64,000 bases of DNA from a virus, in IMG/VR virus record IMGVR_UViG_3300045135_000252, positions 9,627 to 73,626 of that record; one strand, written 5' to 3'. The notes beneath the pieces are model-generated. The model had not been told where the DNA came from and ran no database searches. It saw only the letters and a program-made list of their open reading frames with translations. Below, one piece after another: positions 46,277-54,320 of the stretch (positions within the stretch are counted from its first letter, which is position 1; each line of letters starts with the position of its first letter). The position numbers and the translations under genes are program-made.

Positions 46277-46525
46277 TCACTCACGGTGAAAGCCTCCTTT
46301 GTTGTTGATGCCCTTCAGGTCTTCAAGGTTGGTGAAGAGCATATAGTTTGATTTGTGCATAGGAGCGATGGTTCGCACAGTATTCCTAGCTTGCTTGTCA
46401 CCGCATACTAGGCAGGTTGTGTAGCCAAGCTCTACGCGCTTAGGGGGAAGTATGGTCTCGCCACACTCCCGACACTCATGTACACCACAGAACCCTGCGG
46501 AGCAGTGTTCGCCTCTGACTAACAT
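46277..46525 (-). CDS. Zinc-finger protein (DksA/TraR-like C4 spacing)
   Basis: CRECGETI...R..LGYTTCLVCG and a PMHKSNY motif. Confidence 0.65.
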   Translation of the reverse strand: MLVRGEHCSAGFCGVHECRECGETILPPKRVELGYTTCLVCGDKQARNTVRTIAPMHKSNYMLFTNLEDLKGINNKGGFHRE

Positions 46526-46528
46526 TTG

Positions 46529-46765
46529 TTAGTTGCTCCTCTTATCGCTTCCGTCTGCATTGAAACCATGATGCTTGCGTATTGCTTGAGTCATCGGGTT
46601 GGTACTGCGGTAGCAGGTATAAGAGCCACGCTGTGGTGGGCGTTCAGTATGCAACTGCATCTGCATGAAGATGTACTGCGCCATCAGGCGTGAGTGTTCG
46701 TTGCCATTCTTAACGTGCCATGCTCGCTGGCGGAGCAGACGTTGTGCATCACGTGATAAGGACAT
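46529..46765 (-). CDS. Hypothetical early protein
   Basis: First gene after the promoter at 46860; GAGGT RBS. Confidence 0.6.
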   Translation of the reverse strand: MSLSRDAQRLLRQRAWHVKNGNEHSRLMAQYIFMQMQLHTERPPQRGSYTCYRSTNPMTQAIRKHHGFNADGSDKRSN

Positions 46766-46859
46766 AGTAGTTACCTCGTATTGTTGTGTTTTTGCATACC
46801 GACTAACAAATGTTAGTCAGATGGGGTTTGAGTATGTACGCGCCTCGCCCCATTTATAT

Positions 46860-46888
46860 ATTGTACCACAAAGTAACTATTGTGTCAA
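46860..46888 (-). promoter_or_regulatory. Near-consensus sigma70 early promoter
   Basis: TTGACA-17 nt-TACAAT with an extended TG; near-duplicate of the promoter at 44603. Confidence 0.85.
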
Positions 46889-46894
46889 GTTTTC

Positions 46895-47215
46895 TGTTAT
46901 GTATTGTTGTAAAGTTATAAAACACTACCCTATTGTTGTAAAAAAATACAACAATGCAAAATCCAGTAATGACGCGGTGTAGAGGTATGAAAATAGGTGT
47001 ATTGTTGTATTGTTTCGTTTTTAAATAAATACATTTCCTCTGGGCAGTTTTGCTCTCTTTGCATCTGCATAAGTGCGTCCTATGGAATCCCTATATAAAG
47101 TGTTTTTAAAACGCAACTTTACAACAAAGCATACTTTACTTAAAAATCAATAACTTAGCGTATAACAATACAAAAACGGTTTTACAACAATACAACTTTG
47201 TACCACATTGTTGTG
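46895..47215. other. Putative replication origin (AT-rich, iteron-like repeats)
   Basis: Non-coding and AT-rich; ATTGTTGT/ACAACAAT copies in both orientations; contains an IHF consensus. Confidence 0.55.
47145..47157 (+). promoter_or_regulatory. IHF-binding consensus site
   Basis: AATCAATAACTTA matches WATCAANNNNTTR. Confidence 0.55.
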
Positions 47216-47390
47216 TTTTAGGGGGTTTGACTAACAAATGTTAGGCTTAACACATTAAATGCAATTGGCTCTACGCGGCTGCGAGAACTGTCATTCTGGC
47301 TAACATCGGTTAGGTGCGTAGGTACAAGGTGCGACCCATTCGGGCATAAGCTCAACGCGACTGTGAGAACTGTCATCGCAGGGTCGGGAC

Positions 47391-47419
47391 AAAAAAAGGG
47401 CGACTCCGAAGAGCCGCCC
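47391..47419 (-). terminator. Rho-independent terminator
   Basis: GGGCGGCTC-TTCG-GAGTCGCCC-TTTTTTT. Confidence 0.9.
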
Positions 47420-47425
47420 ATGTGG

Positions 47426-47989
47426 TTATTTCTTTAAACCTAGCTTAACCAGATCCACTTTCTGTGGGTCGTGGCCAATCTTAAAGATTACTTGTGACAA
47501 GAGATCCTGTATCTCTGCTTGCCTTTTAGTTTGTGCTTCCATGCGAGCATATTCAGACCACCGTGGATGGAGTGACACCAACAACCGTTCCTCTGGCGTT
47601 TTTTCCTTGCCACTGTTTGGTGCGCGAACGCCCTCGGCAAGCGCTCGCCCTGCGTTCTTAATCCTTGCCCAGTAAGTGGAAGGATTAGATAAATCCTTGC
47701 CGGTCTTGGCTTTAAATGCAGAGCGCAATGCCTTGTAGTAAGGACTCTGGAAGTTATTCCATAATCCTTTTTCCTCTTTATCAGTGGAGTCCTTGGCGTT
47801 CTTGACGTCGTACCACTTGAAGCCAGATGCCTTATCAACACAGCCAAAAAACTTATTCAGTTGTTCGGCAGTATCGTCGTCGGACAGAGTTGATGAAATC
47901 GCAATTTCCGCGTTAGCGATCAATGCGTCCTGTACTGCTTTTGTAGTTGGCTTTTTAGAGACAGCCACAGTCTTTGAGATGTTTTCCAT
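47426..47989 (-). CDS. Early protein, paralog A
   Basis: Start re-assigned to MENISK (AGGAG RBS); homologous to 48488-49075. Confidence 0.8.
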   Translation of the reverse strand: MENISKTVAVSKKPTTKAVQDALIANAEIAISSTLSDDDTAEQLNKFFGCVDKASGFKWYDVKNAKDSTDKEEKGLWNNFQSPYYKALRSAFKAKTGKDLSNPSTYWARIKNAGRALAEGVRAPNSGKEKTPEERLLVSLHPRWSEYARMEAQTKRQAEIQDLLSQVIFKIGHDPQKVDLVKLGLKK

Positions 47990-48185
47990 TTTGGAAACTC
48001 CTATTGCAATAGTCAGAACCGGAGTGGCGCTGACGGTTATATAAGAACATATTGTGGTACAAAAAACAGAGTTAGAACCACAGAGACTAACAATCGTTAG
48101 GCAGACCACTGGCTCAACGCGACAAGTGGAACTATCATCAGTGGCTCAGCGCGACATGGAGAACTGTCATCACGGAGTGAGGACG

Positions 48186-48214
48186 AAAAAAAGGGCAGAG
48201 CCGAAGCCCTGCCC
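48186..48214 (-). terminator. Rho-independent terminator
   Basis: GGGCAGGGC-TTCG-GCTCTGCCC-TTTTTTT. Confidence 0.9.
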
Positions 48215-48220
48215 GAGTGG

Positions 48221-48439
48221 TTAAGAGTGAGAGTTAAGTGCTTGGCGTGTTCGATCAAGATCATCGTAGCACTGTTGAATTGCTTGAATCTTGATGTTGG
48301 CCGAGTCGATCAATGATTGATCGTGAGGTGTGTATGTTCGCAACGATGTTATGTCATGTAGTTCGTTGCGTAGTTTCTGAATCTCAAACTGAAGATCCAC
48401 GATCTGAACAAGAAGGCGTATACCTTTTCCAATATCCAT
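48221..48439 (-). CDS. Small coiled-coil early protein
   Basis: Start re-assigned to MDIGKG after AGGAG. Confidence 0.6.
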   Translation of the reverse strand: MDIGKGIRLLVQIVDLQFEIQKLRNELHDITSLRTYTPHDQSLIDSANIKIQAIQQCYDDLDRTRQALNSHS

Positions 48440-48452
48440 AGTGTTGACTCCT

Positions 48453-48480
48453 AAAAAGAAGCCCCGCACTTGGCGGGGCT
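48453..48480 (-). terminator. Rho-independent terminator
   Basis: AGCCCCGC-CAAGT-GCGGGGCT-TCTTTTT. Confidence 0.75.
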
Positions 48481-48487
48481 AGTGTGG

Positions 48488-49075
48488 TTACTTCTTCAAG
48501 CCAAGGGCTTTCAGATCAACCTTCTGAGGATCATGGCCACAAGCGCGGATAACACCGGCCAGAGCGTCCATGACTTTCTTGTCACGTTCAGTCAGCGACT
48601 CCATGCGAGCATACTCTGCCCAACGTGGGTGAGTGTCGCGTAGTGTGCGCTCTGAAGGAGTGAGATCCTTCTTCTCACCAAGGCGAAGCGTACCTTCGAT
48701 TTGCTCCTTGGCTTTACCCTTGACGCGATTCCAAACTGTCGAAGGGTTGGTGTACCGCACCTTCTTCAGCTTCTCACCGCGTACACCTTCCGCTTCAGCG
48801 CGTGCCCGAGCCTTGGCGTGGAGTGCGACATATAGTTCATCGCGCACCTTCCTGATGAGCTTACCCGCATCATCGGTAGCCTTATCGACATTCTCGACAG
48901 CGTACCAATTATGCGCTCCCTTCTTCGCACCGAAGAAGTCATTGATGACCAGAGCAAGCGAAAGCTCCGAAGCATCAGCACCAACAGTAGCCGAAGCGGT
49001 TTCGACGATCTGAGATTGAACGTCAGCGAAGGTTAGCTTTTTAGAGCTAGCAACAGCTTTAGTGATATTTTCCAT
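48488..49075 (-). CDS. Early protein, paralog B
   Basis: MENITK...NPST.W.R.K...HPRW.EYARME...GHDPQKVDL..LGLKK shared with paralog A. Confidence 0.8.
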   Translation of the reverse strand: MENITKAVASSKKLTFADVQSQIVETASATVGADASELSLALVINDFFGAKKGAHNWYAVENVDKATDDAGKLIRKVRDELYVALHAKARARAEAEGVRGEKLKKVRYTNPSTVWNRVKGKAKEQIEGTLRLGEKKDLTPSERTLRDTHPRWAEYARMESLTERDKKVMDALAGVIRACGHDPQKVDLKALGLKK

Positions 49076-49492
49076 GAGTAGTTACCTCTGTTATGGAATA
49101 CCGAAGCGGGATTGCTTCGATGGGTTTATAGTCTCATATTGTGGTACAAATATCAGAGTTAGAACCATATAAGGGGGTAGGGCTAACAAATGTTAGTCAG
49201 ACCTATGCGACACCCCCCACCCCCCTAGCTCACAGTTAGTTACATACATCGTCTATATGTATAATAATATGCACATTAGATCACCAATTTTGACAAAGCC
49301 TTCCCCCTCTTTAGACACTGTCTAAAAAAGACCCCCACCCCCTTGTATTCTGCGCCCGGTTGGCACGCACTCCGTTTATAGAAGTACCCCCCTACCTAAA
49401 AAATTAGAGTCCCGTTTCCTTGATATATTTGTGTTTGTTGCAAATACTCTGTTAGGATCACGCCAACTGAGGCCACAAACCGCCGTGCAGAC

Positions 49493-50122
49493 ATGCCAAC
49501 AACTAAGATAGAGCCGACAAAAGACAAGCCAGTCCCATACGATACGTCGGATGATGCTGTCCCTACGCTGCTAGAAGAGCTAGCCGTTGCCGGTAATACC
49601 GCCGAATTGAAAGCTGAACTTGGTGCTCCACTAGAAATATCTGAAGCCGATGCCGAGCGAGAGAAGAAACTGCTTGAAGCCGTCGTCAAAGATAAGAGCA
49701 CGAAGAACCTAACCAACCAAACCACCGCATTTGCAGCCGCTGCGTTCCTAAGATCGTATGGATCGACATTAGCGTTAGACGTTGCGTCTGCCAGATCAGC
49801 CATTACTAACAAGTTGATGGAGATTGCTAACTGTGGTGACACCAGATATGAGCTGAAGGCACTTGAGCTACTTGGTAAGCACTCCGATATTGGTCTGTTC
49901 ACCGAGCGGAGCGAAGTGACCATCAACTATAAGAACCCAGAAGATTTGGAGAATGCGATCAAGGAGCGCGTCAAGCGGTTACTGAACGCTGACGTCATTG
50001 ATGTTACTCCACTGGGTATGGACTTGGATGAGGAGCTGGGGACCTACGTGGAACCAGAACCTGAGTTAACGGGCATTGCGGCGGACTTAGAGAATGGCGG
50101 CGAAAGCGAGCGAGATTCTTGA
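49493..50122 (+). CDS. terS: Putative terminase small subunit
   Basis: Directly upstream of TerL; ELKALELLGK..D.GLFTERSE motif. Confidence 0.7.
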   Translation: MPTTKIEPTKDKPVPYDTSDDAVPTLLEELAVAGNTAELKAELGAPLEISEADAEREKKLLEAVVKDKSTKNLTNQTTAFAAAAFLRSYGSTLALDVASARSAITNKLMEIANCGDTRYELKALELLGKHSDIGLFTERSEVTINYKNPEDLENAIKERVKRLLNADVIDVTPLGMDLDEELGTYVEPEPELTGIAADLENGGESERDS

Positions 50123-51632
50123 GAACATATCCTTAAAGGATATACCGAGTATCCTCCCGGCCCTGACTCCGGGGGAGCAAGAGAAGCTCTTGGCTGAGCT
50201 GGAGCACTTGCAGGCCCTGAAAACCAGAAAATTGGCGCAGGAGAAGTTTCTTGCGTTCGTTAAAGAAGCGTGGCCGACGTTCATTGCTGGGCGTCACCAT
50301 GCAAAAATGGCTGAAGCGTTCGAGAGGGTAGCTAAAGGTGAGTGTAAAAGGCTCATCATTAACATGCCGCCTCGACATACAAAGTCAGAGTTCGCCTCCT
50401 ATCTTCTACCCGCGTGGTTCTTGGGCAAGTTTCCCAACAAGAAGATCATTCAGACCTCGCACACAGCCGAGCTTGCGGTCGGGTTCGGTCGAAAAGTGCG
50501 TAACTTGGTCGATCAGGAGGTCTACGCCAAAATATTTCCCGGTGTAGGGCTGCAACAGGACTCCAAAGCGGCTGGACGATGGGCTACAAACCAAGGCGGT
50601 GACTATTTCGCCATTGGTGTCGGCGGTGCGGTGACTGGTAAAGGTGCGGATTTGCTCATTATTGACGATCCACACTCGGAACAAGAGGCTGCGCTAGCCG
50701 AAATAAACCCGGAAATCTACGATAAGACCTACGAGTGGTACACATCTGGCCCTCGTCAGCGTCTACAACCGGGTGGAGCCATCGTGATCGTCATGACGCG
50801 GTGGTCTAAGAAGGACCTTACAGCTCGTGTGCTCAAGGCAGAGGCTGAAAGGGGCGGAGATGACTGGGAAGTTATCGAGTTTCCGGCGATTTTGCCGTCT
50901 GAACAGCCCCTGTGGCCGGAGTTTTGGTCCGAAAAGGAGCTAAAAGCGCTCAGGGAAGAGCTACCGTTTCCAAAATGGATGGCTCAGTACCAGCAGAACC
51001 CGACTTCTGACTCTACGGCCATTATTAAGCGTGATTGGTGGCAGATTTGGGACTCTGAGAACCCTCCACACTGTGATTTTGTGCTGATGGCGTGGGATAC
51101 GGCCTTTGAGAAATCAAACCGTGCCGACTATTCGGCGCTCACTACGTGGGGAGTGTTCTATAAGGACGACGAGACAGGCGTCCCACAAGCGAATATCATA
51201 TTACTTAACGCCTTTAGGGAGCGGATGGAGTTTCCTAGGCTAAAACAGGTGGCTCTGGAGCAATATCAGGACTGGGAGCCTGACTCGATCATCATCGAGA
51301 AGAAGGCTTCAGGTGCACCACTTATATACGAGATGCGGGCTATGGGTATCCCGGTGCAAGAGTTCACTCCTACAAAAGGGAACGACAAAATTACCCGACT
51401 TAATGCGGTAGCGGACATATTTGCCAGTGGCAGAGTGTGGGCACCCAACACACATTGGGCGGAAGAAGTCATTGAAGAAGTTGCAAGTTTTCCTTCAGGG
51501 GATCACGATGACTACGTTGACTCTACGTCGCTAGCCCTCATGCGGTTCCGGAAAGGTGGATACATCCGGACACTGCTCGATGAGGAAGATGAAATACCAA
51601 ACTTCCGCCGACCGCACGCCGGATATTATTGA
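50094..51632 (+). CDS. terL: Terminase large subunit
   Basis: INMPPRHTKSE, GGAVTGKGADLLIIDDP, MTRW, YQQNP, WDTA, DYSA and HDDYVDS motifs. Confidence 0.95.
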   Translation: MAAKASEILENISLKDIPSILPALTPGEQEKLLAELEHLQALKTRKLAQEKFLAFVKEAWPTFIAGRHHAKMAEAFERVAKGECKRLIINMPPRHTKSEFASYLLPAWFLGKFPNKKIIQTSHTAELAVGFGRKVRNLVDQEVYAKIFPGVGLQQDSKAAGRWATNQGGDYFAIGVGGAVTGKGADLLIIDDPHSEQEAALAEINPEIYDKTYEWYTSGPRQRLQPGGAIVIVMTRWSKKDLTARVLKAEAERGGDDWEVIEFPAILPSEQPLWPEFWSEKELKALREELPFPKWMAQYQQNPTSDSTAIIKRDWWQIWDSENPPHCDFVLMAWDTAFEKSNRADYSALTTWGVFYKDDETGVPQANIILLNAFRERMEFPRLKQVALEQYQDWEPDSIIIEKKASGAPLIYEMRAMGIPVQEFTPTKGNDKITRLNAVADIFASGRVWAPNTHWAEEVIEEVASFPSGDHDDYVDSTSLALMRFRKGGYIRTLLDEEDEIPNFRRPHAGYY

Positions 51633-51642
51633 GGATTGAACA

Positions 51643-54129
51643 ATGGCAATTGATAAGGCAGTAAACCAAGCCCCTATGGGCATCGACGAGATGATGGCTC
51701 AAGCGGCTAACATGGAGCCAGATATTGAGATCGAAATTGAAGACCCAGAAGAAGTTACCATCAACGTCGGGGGCATGGAGATTGTTCTCGACCCGGACGA
51801 TATGGGCGACGACGAAGAGTTCGGAGCGAATCTCGCCGAAGAGATGGAAGAAGAACAGCTCGCAATGCTCGTCGGCGAATTGGTTGAAGACTTTGAAGAA
51901 GACCATAATTCACGCCGTGACTGGATGCAGACGTATGTAGACGGCCTTGAGCTATTAGGTATGAAGGTAGAAGACCGTACGGAGCCTTGGCCCGGTGCAT
52001 GCGGTGTATACCACCCTCTCCTGTCTGAAGCGCTAGTTAAGTTTCAGTCTGAAACGATGATGGAGACATTCCCGGCACAGGGGCCGGTCAAGACCAAAGT
52101 TCTTGGGAAGGAGACTCCTGAGAAGCTAGAGGTCGCTAAGCGTGTCAAGGATGACATGAACTACCAGCTAACAGAGAAGATGGTGGAGTATCGCCCTGAG
52201 CATGAGCGCATGCTGTGGGGTCTCGGCCTCTCTGGTAACGCCTTCAAGAAGGTGTACTACGATCCGGGCATGAACCGTCAGACGTCAATCTACATCCCAG
52301 CGGAAGACGTTGTGGTGCCGTACGGCGCGTCTAATATCGAGACAGCAGAGCGTGTAACACACGTAATGCGTAAAACCGCTAATGAAATCAAGAAGTTACA
52401 GGTAGCGGGCTTCTATCGTAACATTGAGCTGGATGAACCCGGCGATACATTAGATGATATTGAGAAGTCGATTGCAGAGAAGATGGGCTTCAGTGCGACA
52501 TCTGATGACCGCCATAAGATTCTCGAAATGCACGTTGACCTCGATCTACCCGGTTACGAGGATAAAGATGAAGACGGCAAGGCTACAGGTATTGCGCTAC
52601 CGTATGTGGTTACTATTGAGAAGAACTCAGAGGTTATTCTCTCGATTCGTCGCAACTGGAACCAAGATGACGACTCAAAGCAGAAGCGCAACCATTTTGT
52701 TCATTATTCTTATGTACCCGGTTTTGGTTTCTATGCTTTCGGTCTCATTCATTTGGTTGGTGCTTTCGCTAAGTCCGGCACATCAATCATCCGACAGCTC
52801 GTCGATGCAGGTACCCTCTCCAACCTCCCCGGAGGATTCAAAACCAAAGGACTACGGGTTAAAGGAGACGACACCCCAATCGCCCCCTCGGAGTTTCGTG
52901 ATGTAGACGTTGCCTCTGGCACGATCCGCGACAACATCATGACGTTACCATATAAAGAGCCATCACAGGTTCTTGTAGGGCTTCTGGGTACTATTGTAGA
53001 GGAAGGCCGTCGGTTCGCTTCAGCGGCTGATATGAAGATCTCTGATATGTCTGGGCAGGCACCTGTAGGTACCACTCTGGCAATCCTAGAGCGTACGCTC
53101 AAGATCATGTCTGCTGTACAGGCACGCATCCATTACTCAATGAAGCAGGAACTCAAGCTCCTGAAGAATATCATTCGTGACTTTGCGGATGACGAGTATG
53201 CATATGAGCCGCGTACAGGCGAGCCAGCAGACCGTGGGCAGGACTACGATAGCGTTGAAGTTATCCCTGTTTCTGACCCAAATGCCGCCACAATGGCGCA
53301 AAAAGTCGTACAGTACCAAGCTGTACTACAAATGGCGCAGTCTGCACCTCAGCTTTATGACATGCCGTACTTACATCGTCAGATGTTAGAAGTTTTAGGT
53401 ATTAAGAACGCTGAAAAGCTCGTTCCAATGGAAGATGACCAGAAACCAACTGATCCAGTGACAGAAAATATGAACCTGTTACAGGGTAAGCCGGTCAAGG
53501 CGTTCTTGTATCAGGATCACGAAGCCCACATCGCTGTGCATATGGCAGCAGCTCAAGATCCTAAGATGATGCAGATGCTGCAGCAAAGCCCTATGGCTAA
53601 GACAATAGGCGCAGCCTTCCAAGAGCATATCGCTCAACACTTAGCTATGGCGTACCGCAAGCAGATCGAAGACGCTGCTGGAGTCCCTTATCCAACACCA
53701 GAGGACAAGATGGACGAGAACACAGAGCTGGAGATCTCTCGTCTCGCAGCCGCTGCAGCGCAGCAGGTACTCGGCAAGAATCAGGCGGAGCAAGCCGCTC
53801 AACAGGCGCAGCAAGCCGCTCAAGACCCAATCGTACAGATGCAACAAGCAGAACTGCAGATCAAACAAGCAGAAGCTCAACTCAAGGCCCAGAAGATGCA
53901 GGTCGAAGCCGCCGAAAAGGCAGACCGTCTGGAGCTGGAAAGAGAGCGTATCGCGTCACAAGAGCGCGTCGCTGGTATGCAGGTCGGAGCAAAAATTGCT
54001 TCCGAGAAAGACAAGTTATCTGCTCAACAGCAGAAGGATGGGCTAGAAATGGGTATTCAGATCGCCCGTGAAGCAGCTCAGGAAGATCGCGCTATGCGAC
54101 AAACTCAACAACCAACAGGTGAAGAATGA
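51643..54129 (+). CDS. Portal protein
   Basis: 828 aa after TerL; PWPGA.GV.HP.L, G.AFKKVYYD, GFY..GLIHL.G and a Gln/Ala-rich C-terminal coiled-coil barrel as in P22-like portals. Confidence 0.88.
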   Translation: MAIDKAVNQAPMGIDEMMAQAANMEPDIEIEIEDPEEVTINVGGMEIVLDPDDMGDDEEFGANLAEEMEEEQLAMLVGELVEDFEEDHNSRRDWMQTYVDGLELLGMKVEDRTEPWPGACGVYHPLLSEALVKFQSETMMETFPAQGPVKTKVLGKETPEKLEVAKRVKDDMNYQLTEKMVEYRPEHERMLWGLGLSGNAFKKVYYDPGMNRQTSIYIPAEDVVVPYGASNIETAERVTHVMRKTANEIKKLQVAGFYRNIELDEPGDTLDDIEKSIAEKMGFSATSDDRHKILEMHVDLDLPGYEDKDEDGKATGIALPYVVTIEKNSEVILSIRRNWNQDDDSKQKRNHFVHYSYVPGFGFYAFGLIHLVGAFAKSGTSIIRQLVDAGTLSNLPGGFKTKGLRVKGDDTPIAPSEFRDVDVASGTIRDNIMTLPYKEPSQVLVGLLGTIVEEGRRFASAADMKISDMSGQAPVGTTLAILERTLKIMSAVQARIHYSMKQELKLLKNIIRDFADDEYAYEPRTGEPADRGQDYDSVEVIPVSDPNAATMAQKVVQYQAVLQMAQSAPQLYDMPYLHRQMLEVLGIKNAEKLVPMEDDQKPTDPVTENMNLLQGKPVKAFLYQDHEAHIAVHMAAAQDPKMMQMLQQSPMAKTIGAAFQEHIAQHLAMAYRKQIEDAAGVPYPTPEDKMDENTELEISRLAAAAAQQVLGKNQAEQAAQQAQQAAQDPIVQMQQAELQIKQAEAQLKAQKMQVEAAEKADRLELERERIASQERVAGMQVGAKIASEKDKLSAQQQKDGLEMGIQIAREAAQEDRAMRQTQQPTGEE

Positions 54130-54320
54130 GTACAGATCTATTGAAGTACCTCTCAGACAAGATTGACGAGGAACGACAAGTAATTGAGACGGATTTGGCA
54201 GCGGGTAAAGCTGCCGATTTCGCCCAATACAAGCACGCCACTGGCGTAATTCGCGGTCTGATGATCGCTAACAACATCTTGGCTGAAACAGCCCAAAGAA
54301 TGGAGCAAGACGATGACTGA
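54126..54320 (+). CDS. Small conserved head-module protein
   Basis: L..G.A.DF..YK...G.I.GL pattern between portal and GroES. Confidence 0.65.
   Translation: MSTDLLKYLSDKIDEERQVIETDLAAGKAADFAQYKHATGVIRGLMIANNILAETAQRMEQDDD

Larger units (their letters stand above)
47268..48170. repeat. Four copies of a 27-bp non-palindromic repeat in two pairs
   Basis: GCTCaaCGCGaCnnnnnGAACTgTCAT at 47268, 47350, 48112 and 48144. Confidence 0.85.
39675..49196. repeat. Dispersed family of 11 palindromic sites CTAAC-N4-GTTAG
   Basis: Exact CTAACA(AA/TT)TGTTAG at 39675, 41667, 43320, 44545, 45649, 46519, 46803, 47231 and 49183; variants at 47300 and 48087. Confidence 0.9.

Noticed and set aside
47268-48170. 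27-bp repeats as a mini CRISPR array
   Set aside because: The gaps between repeats are 55 and 5 bp and the copies are degenerate. There is no cas operon; the Cas4-like nuclease is an ordinary phage replication exonuclease.
47288-48170. CTGTCAT as Pho boxes
   Set aside because: Only single half-sites are present, without the second repeat at 11-bp periodicity, and no phosphate-related genes were seen.
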